A program made the translations under genes and the position numbers. Source: a virus (Duplodnaviria; Caudoviricetes). Taken from it: a DNA stretch of 39,040 nucleotides. Positions 24,819-34,900 of the stretch are shown one piece after another; the stretch's first letter is position 1; the number at the start of each line of letters is the position of its first letter. Location of the stretch: positions 1-39,040 of the IMG/VR virus record IMGVR_UViG_3300037462_000308, one strand, 5' to 3'. The notes beneath the pieces were generated by a model that saw only the letters and a program-made list of their open reading frames with translations, was not told the DNA's origin and ran no database searches.

Positions 24819-25387
24819 CCCGTGGGCTCACCGCGGCCGCTCAGACGGCGGTCGCACAGGAGACGGTCGTCCGGTCGGTGGCGGTCGCGCTCGACTTCCC
24901 GTCGGGAGTGGCGCGCTGGAATTCGTCGCCGGCCGACATCACGATCGGCGGCGAAACCTTCTTGGGCGTCGGCGCGCTCGGCACCATCTCGGCAGCCGAG
25001 GAAGGCATCGAGTTGCGGTCGTACGGCATGACGGTAGGGATCTCGGGCATCCCGCGCGACGCGATCGCCATCGCCCTCGGCCAAGCCTACCAGGGGCGGG
25101 CTGCGACGGTCTGGGAGGTGATGCTGGACAGCACGACCTGGCTGCCGGTCGCCGATCCGGTCGTGATCTTCCGCGGCCGCATGGATCAGATGGACATCAC
25201 CCTCGGCGCCTCGGCCGAGGTAAGCGTGAAGCTCGAGAATCGGCTGACCGATTGGGAGCGGCCGAAGATCGTCCGCTACACGGACGCCGACCAGCGCAAG
25301 CGCGATGCCAGCGACGGCTCGTTCCGGTTCGTGCCGGCGACGACCGAGAAGGAAATCATCTGGCCGTCGCGGAGCTTCCGCGGATGA
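24815..25387 (+). CDS. Tail tip / baseplate hub protein
   Basis: FLGVGALGTIS, FRGRMD, RYTDADQ, IIW motifs; position. Confidence 0.7.
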   Translation: MTRGLTAAAQTAVAQETVVRSVAVALDFPSGVARWNSSPADITIGGETFLGVGALGTISAAEEGIELRSYGMTVGISGIPRDAIAIALGQAYQGRAATVWEVMLDSTTWLPVADPVVIFRGRMDQMDITLGASAEVSVKLENRLTDWERPKIVRYTDADQRKRDASDGSFRFVPATTEKEIIWPSRSFRG

Positions 25388-25812
25388 GGCCGCGCCCCGC
25401 GCATGCGCGGGTCGTCGGCTGGCCGGAGCGCCTGGCGCAGTTCTTCGCGGAGCGGCAGGCGCGGCCGTTCGAGTGGGGCGAGCACGACTGCATGACCTTT
25501 GCGGCCGATGCCGTGATCATGCTGACCGGGCGGGATCCGATCGCGCGGTGGCGTGGCGCCTATGCGACCGAGGCTGATGGCGACGCGATCGTCGGGCCGG
25601 ACGGGCTGCTCGCCTTCGTGCAGCGGATGATGGTGGAGTTCGGCGCGCCGGAATGCCCGGTCGAGCTGGCACAGCGTGGAGACTGGGCGATGGTGTCGGT
25701 CGGCAACCTGCTGTGTGCGGGCGTGGTGACTGGCGCCTTCGTCGCCGCGCCTGGCGCGCGCCGGCTGGCGCATGTGCCGCTGCGCCGCGCAGTGGCTGCG
25801 TGGGCGATCTAA
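25384..25812 (+). CDS. NlpC/P60-like tail tip protein (DUF6950-like)
   Basis: PFEWGEHDCMTFAAD, AQRGD. Confidence 0.8.
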   Translation: MRPRPAHARVVGWPERLAQFFAERQARPFEWGEHDCMTFAADAVIMLTGRDPIARWRGAYATEADGDAIVGPDGLLAFVQRMMVEFGAPECPVELAQRGDWAMVSVGNLLCAGVVTGAFVAAPGARRLAHVPLRRAVAAWAI

Positions 25813-25815
25813 GCC

Positions 25816-28497
25816 GTGCCGCAGGTCGTCGTCGCGGTTGTCGCCGCCATCGGCTATGCGGCGGCGTCCGCGGGCACGGTTGCGGCGTTGGGCGGCGTGG
25901 CGGCGGCAACGGCGTTCACCGTCGGCGGCATCGCGGTCAGCGTCGGCACGGTTGCGGCTGTCGTCGGCGCCGTCGCGGGCGCCGTCCTCGCCTACGCCGG
26001 CAACGCGCTCGTCGCCAGCATGACGGGTCCGGGCAAGGGCAAGCAGGACACCTCGACCGCAGCGACGGACGCGAAGCGCACGATCCGCTCCGAGGTGGCC
26101 CCGCGCCGCATCGTTTACGGCCGCGCGCGCGTCTCCGGCCCGCTCATCTATGCTGGCAGCTTCGGCGAGGCGCTCGAGTACCTGCTGCTCGTCATCCCGT
26201 TGGCCGACCACGAGATCGAAGCGATCGACGCCGTCTGGATCGGCGAGCACCGGATCGACGCGACCGAGATCGGCCCGACGGGCGACGTCATCGCCGGCCG
26301 CTTCGGCGGCACGGTGCCGGGCACCCCGATTCCCTACGTGTCGATCCGGCGCTTCCTCGGCAACCAGACGGCAGCCGACCCGCAGCTCGTCGCCGAATGC
26401 CCCGATGGCTGGCGCGCGCAGGACAAGCTCACTGGAATCGCACATCTGGTGGTGCGGCTGCGCTTCCAGCCGGACCTCTTCCAGGGCGGCATTCCGTCCA
26501 TATCGGCCGAGGTGCGCGGAAAGAGATTGCTCGACCCGCGCACCGGCACGACAGCCTACAGCGACAACTGGGCGCTGATAGTGCACGACTACCTGCGCGG
26601 CCAGTATGGCCTTGCAGCGACAGCCGACGAGATAGACACCGATTCCTTCATCGCCGCGGCGAATCTTGCGGACGAGAATGTACAGATCACGCAGGCCGGT
26701 GCGACCCAGAAGCGCTACATCCTGAACGGCAGCTTCACGCTTGATCGGCAGCCGATCGATGTGCTCGAGGAGATGCTCGCGCCCGCCGGCGGCGCGCTGG
26801 TCTACACCGCTGGCCGCTACCGACTGTTCGGCGGGGCGTACCAGGCGCCCGCGGTCTTTCTGAGCGCCGAGGACTTGGCCAGCGACGTCGAGGTTGTCAC
26901 GAAGCCGCCAAGGCGTGAGCTGTTCAACTCGGTCCGGGGCAACTACATCGACCCGAACGCCTACTGGCAGGCGTTTCCGATGCCGGCGCTCGAATGGCAG
27001 CCTTTCATCGCTGAGGACGGCGAGCAGATATGGCGCGAGCTCGAGCTGCCGTGGGTCCTCGACCCCGTGCGGGCCCAGCGGATCGCGAAGCAGCTGCTGT
27101 TGCGGAGCCGCCAGGGTGTCACGATCCGCGCGAGCTTCAAGTACGCCTCGCTGAACCTTTCCGTCTGGCAGATCGTCGGCATGACGGTCGCGGATCTCGG
27201 CTGGACCGACAAGCCGTTCCGGATCACAGGCTGGAGCTTCAGCCCCGACACCGGCCTCATCACCTTGACCATGCAGGAGGAGCAGATCGCCTCCTACGCA
27301 TGGACGTGGGACGAGGCAGCCACGGCGCCGGAGTTCCCGGACACCACGCTGATTGATCCTTTCCAGACGCCTGCGCCAGCGGGCCTCAGCGTTACGGAGG
27401 AGCTCTACGTTACCCGCGACGGCGCGGGGGTCCGCACGAAGGCGGTGCTGGACTGGCTGACGCCGGCCAGCCCCTTCGTCGTCGGCTACGACATCGAGTT
27501 CAAGGAGGCGTCGGCAACCGACTGGCGCGCATCGCCCGGAGCTGTCAACGCACCCGGCGAGGTGCTCGACCTAGCAGCTGGCACCTGGGACTTTCGCGTG
27601 CGCGCGCGGACGAGCGTCGCTGCAGGCGCGTGGGCGACGGTCCGGCGTGAGGTCGGCGGCCTAGCAGCGCAGCCGCCGGCGGCGATCACCGGCCTGTCGC
27701 TGTCCACCATCGGCGGCCTTGCCTTCCTCCGCTGGGACCGCAGCCCTGATGTCGATGTGCGGGTCGGCGGGCGCTACGAAGTACGGCATACGCCGGAAAC
27801 GGCGGCGCCGACCTGGGCTGGGGCAACAAGCCTCGGTGAGGCGATTTCCGGCGAGGCCTCGATCGCGGTGCTGCCGCTGAAGCCTGGGACCTACTTTGTC
27901 CGCGCGGTCGACGCCTCCGGCATCTACGGGCCAGAGGTCAGCATCGGCGCTTCGCAGGGCGCGGCGCTGGCCTTCGCAAATGTGACGAGCGTGCCGCAGC
28001 ACCCTACTTTCGCTGGTGCGAAGACCGGCACCGTCGTCACCTCTTCGACGCTACGGCTCGACAGCCTGGGGAATGTGGACGGCGAGGCCAGCTTCGACGC
28101 GATTGCCGATCTTGATCGCCTGGGCGGCTTCGCGCCGTCGGGTAGCTACACCTTCAGCGGCGGCATTGATCTCGGCTCAGTGCGCGGCATTCGCCTCACC
28201 TCCCGGTTGCTCGCGCTGGTGGAGAACAGCGCGGACGAGTGGGACGCTCGCACAGAGCTTGTCGACGCCTGGGGGTCGATCGACGCGGTATTCGGCGGCG
28301 AGGCCGATGCGTGGGTCGAGGCGCGGTCCACGAATGACGATCCAGGTGGCTCGCCCGTTTGGTCAGATTGGCGTCGGCTCGATAGCGCGGAGTTTACAGC
28401 CCGGGGCTTCCAGTTCCGCGCTCAGCTCCGCAGCAGCGACGCATCCTTCAACATCCACATCTCCGAGCTTTCAGTCTCGGCTGACGAGGTGGTCTGA
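25816..28497 (+). CDS. Central tail fibre / host specificity protein J-like (893 aa)
   Basis: RIVYGRARVSG, VRGKRLLDPR, FNSVRGNYIDP; FnIII-like domains (WDFRVRA, YFVRAVD). Confidence 0.88.
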   Translation: MPQVVVAVVAAIGYAAASAGTVAALGGVAAATAFTVGGIAVSVGTVAAVVGAVAGAVLAYAGNALVASMTGPGKGKQDTSTAATDAKRTIRSEVAPRRIVYGRARVSGPLIYAGSFGEALEYLLLVIPLADHEIEAIDAVWIGEHRIDATEIGPTGDVIAGRFGGTVPGTPIPYVSIRRFLGNQTAADPQLVAECPDGWRAQDKLTGIAHLVVRLRFQPDLFQGGIPSISAEVRGKRLLDPRTGTTAYSDNWALIVHDYLRGQYGLAATADEIDTDSFIAAANLADENVQITQAGATQKRYILNGSFTLDRQPIDVLEEMLAPAGGALVYTAGRYRLFGGAYQAPAVFLSAEDLASDVEVVTKPPRRELFNSVRGNYIDPNAYWQAFPMPALEWQPFIAEDGEQIWRELELPWVLDPVRAQRIAKQLLLRSRQGVTIRASFKYASLNLSVWQIVGMTVADLGWTDKPFRITGWSFSPDTGLITLTMQEEQIASYAWTWDEAATAPEFPDTTLIDPFQTPAPAGLSVTEELYVTRDGAGVRTKAVLDWLTPASPFVVGYDIEFKEASATDWRASPGAVNAPGEVLDLAAGTWDFRVRARTSVAAGAWATVRREVGGLAAQPPAAITGLSLSTIGGLAFLRWDRSPDVDVRVGGRYEVRHTPETAAPTWAGATSLGEAISGEASIAVLPLKPGTYFVRAVDASGIYGPEVSIGASQGAALAFANVTSVPQHPTFAGAKTGTVVTSSTLRLDSLGNVDGEASFDAIADLDRLGGFAPSGSYTFSGGIDLGSVRGIRLTSRLLALVENSADEWDARTELVDAWGSIDAVFGGEADAWVEARSTNDDPGGSPVWSDWRRLDSAEFTARGFQFRAQLRSSDASFNIHISELSVSADEVV

Positions 28498-29495
28498 TGG
28501 CGCAACATGACTATGTGATCGCGAACGGGTCGGGCGCGACCGTCCGCGCAGACATCAACGACGCATTGGCGGCAATCGCCAGCACCAACAAAGGCCCGAC
28601 CGCCCCGCCTGCCCCGACAGCGGGCATGATCTGGGTCGACGACAACACGCCATCGTCGACGACGTGGACGGTCTTTATGTATGACGGCACCGACTGGATC
28701 GCGCTCGGCACGCTGAACACGACGACGAACGTGTTCACGCTGACCGGCGCGGCGCTGTTGCCGGATGGATCTGCCGGCGCGCCGGCGCTCGGCTTCTCGG
28801 CTGACACCAACACAGGCCTCTGGCGCAGCGGCACCGATACACTGCAGATCGTCGGAAACGGCGCGGCGATCTTGACCGTTGCGCCGACGGCGGTGACGTT
28901 CGCAAGCGGCGCCGCGCCAACCTGGGCAGCCGACCCCACCGCAAACGACCATCTCGGGCGGAAGGTTTACATCGACGCTGGCGATCGGTGGGTGCAGCTG
29001 TCGAGCACCGCGATCACGGCGGTCACGACGATTGACCTCACGTGGACCGGCGGCTCGTATCTCGCCTACAAGGTGTTGTTGATCGGCGCGCGTCCGAGCG
29101 CTGCTACAGCGAACAATCTCTTTTGCCGCGTCCGCCGCAACGGGTCGGTCCTGAGCGGCGCGAGCGACTACTCGACCGGGCACACATGGTGGAATGGCGC
29201 AACGGGGAACGCCACGGCGGCCGGCGAGAGCCTGAACCCACTGACGGCGGATGGCTTTGCCGCCGAAGCCTCGCGCGTCGAAATCGACTTGATCCAGGCC
29301 GCTTCGACGGAGCGCATCATTGTGGATGCGCGCAGCCGATACACATCGAACACCCCCGCGCATTCGCGCGGGATGTTCACGAGCAACGTGAACGCTGGGT
29401 CCGGCTGGCTTGACGGCCTGACCATTTCGATCGTCGGCGGCGCGACAAACTTCGCCGCAGCCGGTCGCATCGTGGTCCTGGGGCTGAAGTCGTGA
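28497..29495 (+). CDS. Tail fibre / receptor-binding protein
   Basis: MAQHDYVIANGSGATVRADINDAL anchor motif; DGSAGAPALGFSADTNTG motif. Confidence 0.75.
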   Translation: MAQHDYVIANGSGATVRADINDALAAIASTNKGPTAPPAPTAGMIWVDDNTPSSTTWTVFMYDGTDWIALGTLNTTTNVFTLTGAALLPDGSAGAPALGFSADTNTGLWRSGTDTLQIVGNGAAILTVAPTAVTFASGAAPTWAADPTANDHLGRKVYIDAGDRWVQLSSTAITAVTTIDLTWTGGSYLAYKVLLIGARPSAATANNLFCRVRRNGSVLSGASDYSTGHTWWNGATGNATAAGESLNPLTADGFAAEASRVEIDLIQAASTERIIVDARSRYTSNTPAHSRGMFTSNVNAGSGWLDGLTISIVGGATNFAAAGRIVVLGLKS

Positions 29496-29827
29496 GGAAG
29501 CTCATCATCTCGCCAGACGGCGTCATCGAGCGCGACATGACGCCCGAAGAGATCGCCGAGTTGCCGCAGGAAATGCCGGCACCGTTCCCGACGGTAACGC
29601 GCCGCCAGCTTCGCATCTGGCTGCGTCGCCGAGGGGTGACCTCGGCGATGGTCGAGGCGGCCATTGCAGAGATCCCCGATCCGGACCAGCGCGACGAGGC
29701 GCTGATCGAGTGGCGCGACGCGACCGGCTACGAACGCGCGCACCCGTTCGTCGCGCTGATCGGCGCGGCGCTCGGCTTTTCGGCTGAGCAGATGGACGCG
29801 GGCTGGCGAGAGGCTGCCCTGATCTGA
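29492..29827 (+). CDS. Putative tail fibre assembly chaperone
   Basis: TVTRRQLRIWL...IEWRDATGYERAHP...LGFSAEQMD pattern after the fibre gene. Confidence 0.65.
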   Translation: MRKLIISPDGVIERDMTPEEIAELPQEMPAPFPTVTRRQLRIWLRRRGVTSAMVEAAIAEIPDPDQRDEALIEWRDATGYERAHPFVALIGAALGFSAEQMDAGWREAALI

Positions 29828-29869
29828 TCCCGCCGCCGCGGCGGCACTTCTCGACAGGAGGACGGGCCG

Positions 29870-30241
29870 ATGCCCTTCATCAATGACCGCGTTTTCGACA
29901 ACGGGCTGACCGTGCTTGACACCGAGGCGAACCGCCTGGACATCTGCAGTTCGGAGCCGGCCACCTTCACCGCCGCGACGACGACGGCGAGCCTCGGCAA
30001 CAAAACGTCGCTCAGCGTCGGCGCGCCGGCAGACCGCACGCCGAACGGGCGGCGCGTGACCGTCGCCGCCATCACCGACGGCACGGTGACCGCGACCGGC
30101 ACGGCGACGCACTGGGCGATCACCGACACGGTCAATTCGCGGCTGCTGGCGACGGGCGCGCTGTCGGCATCCCAGTCGGTGACCAACGGGAACACCTTCA
30201 CCCTCGGCGCCTTCGACATCGGCATCCCGGACGCGGCGTGA
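29870..30241 (+). CDS. Small Thr-rich beta-structured virion protein (putative fibre subunit)
   Basis: 123 aa, strong RBS GGAGG; GTATHWAI.D...LLATGALS..QSVT.GNTFTL..FDI. Confidence 0.7.
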   Translation: MPFINDRVFDNGLTVLDTEANRLDICSSEPATFTAATTTASLGNKTSLSVGAPADRTPNGRRVTVAAITDGTVTATGTATHWAITDTVNSRLLATGALSASQSVTNGNTFTLGAFDIGIPDAA

Positions 30242-30252
30242 GCTGACGCGCC

Positions 30253-32757
30253 ATGTCTGTCGCCTTCGTCCAAGATGCCTTCGCGCGGACGGGGGCGGCG
30301 ACCACGCTGTCTCCGTCGCTCACGGGCGTCGCGGCAGGCAACACGCTCGTTTTGGCGATCACCGGCTTCCGGACGACGAGCGCGCTGCCGACGAGCGTCT
30401 CGGATGGCGTAAACATTTGGCGCAGGATCGTCGATCTTTCCTACGCGGGGAACACGAACAAGGCCCTACTCTACATCGCGACCGATGTAGCGGGCGGCGA
30501 CACTACGGTCACGGCGACCTGGGCCAGCAACTTCCTCGGGACCGCGCACCTTAGCGAGTGGTCAGGCGTCGATCCGATCACGCCGGGCGACGTGTTCAGC
30601 ACGCGCACCGGCACCAGCACCGCCCCGCTGTCGAATGCGACGCCAGCCATTGAGCAGTCGGGCTCGATGGCGATCGCGCTGCTCGGCATGACGAGCAGCC
30701 CTAACAACCCGATCGGCATTGATCTGCCGAGCGGCTACACGAACGCGCATCTTGAGGACGACGGCGCGAATTACGAAGGGTTCAGCCTAGACTACAAGGC
30801 GATCAGCACTGCCGGCAGCACGGAAAATCCCAATTGGGGCACGACGACCAGCGGCTCGTGGGGCTCGGTCGTCTACATCCTGCGCCCGCCTGGCGGCCGA
30901 GCGATCCGCTACATTGGCGGGCAGACGACCGGCTTTGCTGGCGGCACCGGCACCGCAAACATCACGATCGCGCTCACAGGGGGCGCCGAGCCGACGCCGA
31001 TCGAAGGCGACCTAATCCTTGTCAACTACACGGTCGGCACGCAGGGGCGTAACCCGACCAGCACCATCACCGGCAACCAGTCGGGCGCCTATTCGCACGT
31101 CACCGGCTCTCCGCTGCTCGAGGCGGCGGACACCTACGACACCGACCTGTCTGTCTTCTGGCAGTTTGCAGGCTCGACGCCTGACACGACGTTAACGCGC
31201 AGCGCGACGGGCAGCGTGGATGACGGCGGCTCGGTCAGCATTCACGTCTATCGCGGCGTCGATTCGACCACGCCGTTTGATGTCACGCCGACGACGGCGA
31301 CGGGCATCAACACGGACCGCGCGGATCCGGCCTCGATCACGCCGACCACCAGCGGCGCGCTGATCGTTGTGGCGGCTGGCGGCTCGGCCGCCACGCTGAC
31401 GACCGCCTGGACGGCGGCCTATCTCTCGAAACTCATTCAATCGAATGGGGCAGACACGAATGACGGGCGTTCGGCGCTCGGCAACGTCGCGTGGAGCTCG
31501 GGTGCCTACAACCCGGCCGCGTTCACCGGCGGCTCGAACAACGCGGCGAATTCTTGGGCCGCCATTACGATGGCGCTGCGGCCAGCGCCGACTGGCGACA
31601 ATCTTGCGGCGAATGGGGTCTCCGCCGGCACGCCGTCGGTCGGCAGCCCCGCCCTGGGCCAGACGCATGCGCTCTCGGCCACCGGAGTCGCCTGCGGCAT
31701 GCCCACGGTGGGCTCGCCGATCCTGGGCCAGGTTCACGCGCTCTCAGCCGCGAGCGTTTCTGCCGGCACCCCCACCGTCGGCGCCCCGACGCTGACGGAA
31801 GCGGCCGGCCAGGACGACCTCACGGCTACCGGCGTCTCCGCCGGCGTCCCGTCGGTCGGCAGCCCCGCCATCGGGCAGCGGCACGCCCTCACGGCGACTG
31901 GCGTCGCTGCGGGCACGCCCGCCACCGGCACGCCCGCGATCGGCCAGCAGCACGCCGTCACGGCGACCTGCGTGGCAGCCGCCGCGCCATCCGTCGGCGC
32001 TCCTGCGCTGGGTCAGCGGCACGGTCTCACGGCCACGGGCGTCAGCGCTGCGGCGCCGTCGGTCGGCTCTTCTGCGCTCGGCCAGGCGCACGCGCTCACC
32101 GCGACCGGGGTGGCTACCGGCGCCCCGACGGTCGGCGCGCCTGTCCTGTCGGAAGACAGCAACACCGACGCGCTGACGGCGACCAGCATCGCCGCCGGTA
32201 CGCCGGCCGTCGGCAGCCCGGCCATCGGGCAGACGCACGCCATCACCGCCTCGCCGCTCGCGACGCCCGCGCCGGTCACGGGCGCCCCGGCGATCGGCCA
32301 GGTATACGGGCTCGGGGCGACGAGTGTCTCTGCCGCGGCGCCATCGGTCGGATCGCCGGCTGTCGGCCAGCGCCACGCCCTGAGCGCCACGGGCATCGCT
32401 GCGGGTATTCCGGCCGTCGGCGAGCCTGCCATCGGCCAGGCGCACCAGCTGCTGGCCGTCAGCATTGCCGCCGGCGCGCCCCCGGTCGGTTCGCCCGACC
32501 TGGCCGACGGCGCGAACCTCGTGAACCTCACCGCGCTCGGCATTACCGCCGGCGCGCCGATCGTGAGCGTCGCCTTCCTCAACTACCTTCCGCCGCCCGC
32601 GCGCACGGTCGTGCCCGGCGGGGCCGCACGCCGAGCGACGACTTCCGGCAGCGCTCAGACCGTCGACGTGCCTGCCTCCGGCCGGGCCGTCATCGCGCCC
32701 GCCGAGCCCCGGGTCACAGGGCCAGCATCCGACAGCCGCGCCGCCCGCGTCACCTAG
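30253..32757 (+). CDS. Ser/Thr/Gly-rich virion fibre-like protein with 14 tandem 23/26-aa repeats
   Basis: Two beta-rich N-terminal domains, then repeats of LxAxxVxAGxPxVGxPxLGQxHA. Confidence 0.75.
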   Translation: MSVAFVQDAFARTGAATTLSPSLTGVAAGNTLVLAITGFRTTSALPTSVSDGVNIWRRIVDLSYAGNTNKALLYIATDVAGGDTTVTATWASNFLGTAHLSEWSGVDPITPGDVFSTRTGTSTAPLSNATPAIEQSGSMAIALLGMTSSPNNPIGIDLPSGYTNAHLEDDGANYEGFSLDYKAISTAGSTENPNWGTTTSGSWGSVVYILRPPGGRAIRYIGGQTTGFAGGTGTANITIALTGGAEPTPIEGDLILVNYTVGTQGRNPTSTITGNQSGAYSHVTGSPLLEAADTYDTDLSVFWQFAGSTPDTTLTRSATGSVDDGGSVSIHVYRGVDSTTPFDVTPTTATGINTDRADPASITPTTSGALIVVAAGGSAATLTTAWTAAYLSKLIQSNGADTNDGRSALGNVAWSSGAYNPAAFTGGSNNAANSWAAITMALRPAPTGDNLAANGVSAGTPSVGSPALGQTHALSATGVACGMPTVGSPILGQVHALSAASVSAGTPTVGAPTLTEAAGQDDLTATGVSAGVPSVGSPAIGQRHALTATGVAAGTPATGTPAIGQQHAVTATCVAAAAPSVGAPALGQRHGLTATGVSAAAPSVGSSALGQAHALTATGVATGAPTVGAPVLSEDSNTDALTATSIAAGTPAVGSPAIGQTHAITASPLATPAPVTGAPAIGQVYGLGATSVSAAAPSVGSPAVGQRHALSATGIAAGIPAVGEPAIGQAHQLLAVSIAAGAPPVGSPDLADGANLVNLTALGITAGAPIVSVAFLNYLPPPARTVVPGGAARRATTSGSAQTVDVPASGRAVIAPAEPRVTGPASDSRAARVT
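31603..32580 (+). repeat. Intragenic coding tandem repeat (69/78 nt units)
   Basis: 14 degenerate units read from the translation; units 3, 8 and 13 are 26 aa. Confidence 0.85.
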
Positions 32758-32766
32758 GAGACCGCC

Positions 32767-33045
32767 ATGCCTTCCCCCCTGCGCTGGAGCGACAAGGATC
32801 CAGCTGACGTGCTCGATTTCACGATGGACTTCGCCGCCGCACTTGGCGCCGACACCATCGCCACTGTCGCATGGACCGTGCCGGTCGGCCTGACCCAGGG
32901 CGTCACGACGAACAGCACGACCGCGGCGACTGTCTGGCTGTCCGGCGGCAGCGCCGGCACCGACTACTCGATCACCTGCCGCATCACGACGGCTGGCGGG
33001 AGGACGATCGAGCGTACGGCGGCTCTACTGGTCAAGGATCTCTGA
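32767..33045 (+). CDS. Putative fibre adaptor protein (92 aa)
   Basis: WSDKDPADVLDFTMDF...ATVWLSGG..G..Y.ITCRITT.GGRTIER. Confidence 0.7.
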   Translation: MPSPLRWSDKDPADVLDFTMDFAAALGADTIATVAWTVPVGLTQGVTTNSTTAATVWLSGGSAGTDYSITCRITTAGGRTIERTAALLVKDL

Positions 33046-33047
33046 CG

Positions 33048-33335
33048 ATGGCGGGGGGCACCGAGCAGATCACCGTGCTGGCCAGCGCGGTCGAGCGAAT
33101 CGTCGAGGGTTCGCCAGTCATCGTTGGGCTGTTGAGCTTGATCGGCATTGTCGTCTGGCGGGCCTGGCGCGATGAGCGGCGCGAGATGTTGGCAGAGCTG
33201 CGCGAGGAGCGCGAGGCGCGCGCCCGGGCGCATGAGCAGATGCTGGCAGTCGCCGATCGGTCGACGCAGGCAGTGCATGCCGTGCGCGAGGCGCTGACCG
33301 AGCTCCGGCACGCGATAAAGGACCGGCCCGGGTGA
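33048..33335 (+). CDS. Single-TM plus coiled-coil protein, holin/antiholin candidate
   Basis: PVIVGLLSLIGIVVW followed by charged helix; start of lysis region. Confidence 0.55.
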   Translation: MAGGTEQITVLASAVERIVEGSPVIVGLLSLIGIVVWRAWRDERREMLAELREEREARARAHEQMLAVADRSTQAVHAVREALTELRHAIKDRPG

Positions 33336-33850
33336 CCGGCGTGCCGCTCGAGCTGGTCGTGCCGCTGGCGCTGGCCGCCGGGTTTCGCATACGTGGCGCG
33401 GCCGAATTCGAGCAGTGGTGGGATCGCGCCTTCCCTGCAGCGGCGATGCTCGGCGGCGCAACAACGGCCCGGATCGTCGCCTGGGCGATTCCCGTCGGGA
33501 TCTTTGCCGGCGCGCTGCACGGCGGCTGGCACGTCGGGATCCTTGCGGGCGTCGCGGCCTGGATCGGCTGCCTCCCCCCATGGTGGCGCAGCCTCGACCT
33601 TGGGCGGCGCGAGGGCGCCTGGCTGCAAGACTTCGCGTTGCACACCCTGCGCGGCTTCATCTGGACTGCGCCGGTCGCGGCTGTGGCTTGGTGGTTCGGC
33701 GGTGAGCCCGCGCCGCTGCTGATCGCCGGCGCTCTCTGCGGCCTGATCTACGAGATCGGCTATCGCGTCCGGCAAAGCGGCCAGACGGAGCTCGCCGAGG
33801 CCGTCTTCGGTTTCGTGGTGGGCTTGGCGCTCACCTTCACCTTTGCATAG
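33332..33850 (+). CDS. Multi-pass membrane protein in lysis cassette
   Basis: 172 aa with several hydrophobic segments; GTGA coupling. Confidence 0.65.
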   Translation: MTGVPLELVVPLALAAGFRIRGAAEFEQWWDRAFPAAAMLGGATTARIVAWAIPVGIFAGALHGGWHVGILAGVAAWIGCLPPWWRSLDLGRREGAWLQDFALHTLRGFIWTAPVAAVAWWFGGEPAPLLIAGALCGLIYEIGYRVRQSGQTELAEAVFGFVVGLALTFTFA

Positions 33851-33859
33851 GAGCCCCGC

Positions 33860-34525
33860 ATGGCACGCCGCGTGAACGACGAGGCGCTCGCGCTGATTAA
33901 GCGCTGGGAGGGTCTCAAGACGGAAGCCTACCTCGATGTCGCCAACGTCTGGACCATCGGCTACGGGCACACCCGGACCGCCAAGGCGGGCATGGTCATC
34001 ACCGAGGCAGAGGCCGAGCAGCTGCTGCGCCAGGATCTCCGCGAAGCCGAGACGGCGGTCGAGCGGCTTGTGCAGGTGGACCTGACCGACGGGCAGTTCG
34101 GCGCGCTGGTGAGCTTCGTCTTTAACGTCGGGCAGGGCGCCTTGGCGTCGTCCACCCTCCTCCGCAAGCTGAACCGCGGCGACTATGCCTCGGTCCCAAG
34201 CGAGCTGGTGAAGTGGAACAAGGCGCGGGTGAACGGCAAGCTGCAGCCGGTCAAGGGGCTGAGCAACCGCCGCGCTGCCGAGGTCGGGCTCTGGGCGCGC
34301 GGATCCTTCGTCGCCGGCCGCGAGGTCGAGACGGTGACGCCGCCGGCGCCGCCGAGGCCTGAGGTGCAGGCGGCTGGCTACGCGACAGCGGTCGCCACGG
34401 CCGCGCCCGCGCTGCAGGCGCTCTCCGGCCTCGATCCGCTGGTCGTCGGCCTTATCGTGGGCGCCATTGCCCTGGCGATCATCGCGCTGCTGGTGACGCA
34501 GCGGCGCCGGAAGGAATCGCCCTAA
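33860..34525 (+). CDS. Endolysin, GH24 lysozyme with C-terminal hydrophobic anchor
   Basis: IKRWEG...AYLD...WTIGYGHT (E-x8-D-x5-T), SFVFNVG, GLSNRRAAE; C-terminal LVVGLIVGAIALAIIALLV. Confidence 0.92.
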   Translation: MARRVNDEALALIKRWEGLKTEAYLDVANVWTIGYGHTRTAKAGMVITEAEAEQLLRQDLREAETAVERLVQVDLTDGQFGALVSFVFNVGQGALASSTLLRKLNRGDYASVPSELVKWNKARVNGKLQPVKGLSNRRAAEVGLWARGSFVAGREVETVTPPAPPRPEVQAAGYATAVATAAPALQALSGLDPLVVGLIVGAIALAIIALLVTQRRRKESP

Positions 34526-34758
34526 TGATGGCCCTGCTGTCCGGCCTATGGGGTCGGGTCGCCGCTGTCGCTGGTGCGATCGCGCTGGCGATCGGCGCGG
34601 TCGCGTCGGTGTTCCTGGCGGGCCGGCGCGCGGGCAGGGACCAGGCCGCGGCCGACGCGGCCCGACGGGGCGAACAGACCAGGGAGAAGGCGGATGCGGC
34701 TGCTCGTGATGCTGCCCGTGATGGCGCTGCTGGCCGGCTGCGAGACGGTTCTTTCTGA
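34525..34758 (+). CDS. Inner-membrane spanin-like protein (Rz-like)
   Basis: N-terminal TM then Ala/Arg helix; overlaps a lipoprotein gene. Confidence 0.65.
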   Translation: MMALLSGLWGRVAAVAGAIALAIGAVASVFLAGRRAGRDQAAADAARRGEQTREKADAAARDAARDGAAGRLRDGSF

Positions 34759-34900
34759 CCGGCCGTGCCCGCGGGTGACTGAGTTCCCGCGCGACCTGCA
34801 GATGCAGGCCGCCGACGAGCTGGTCACCGCGCCGGCGCTGCGGACCATGATGGATGCCATGGTGGCCGATCGGGCGTTCAACCGGGCGATCTGCCGGTGA
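34694..34900 (+). CDS. Outer-membrane spanin-like lipoprotein (Rz1-like)
   Basis: MRLLVMLPVMALLAG-C lipobox, GGAG RBS, overlaps the Rz-like 3' end in another frame. Confidence 0.75.
   Translation: MRLLVMLPVMALLAGCETVLSDRPCPRVTEFPRDLQMQAADELVTAPALRTMMDAMVADRAFNRAICR

Noticed and set aside
31603-32580. Repeats as diversity-generating retroelement template/variable regions
   Set aside because: No reverse transcriptase; differences are codon-level degeneracy, not adenine-specific
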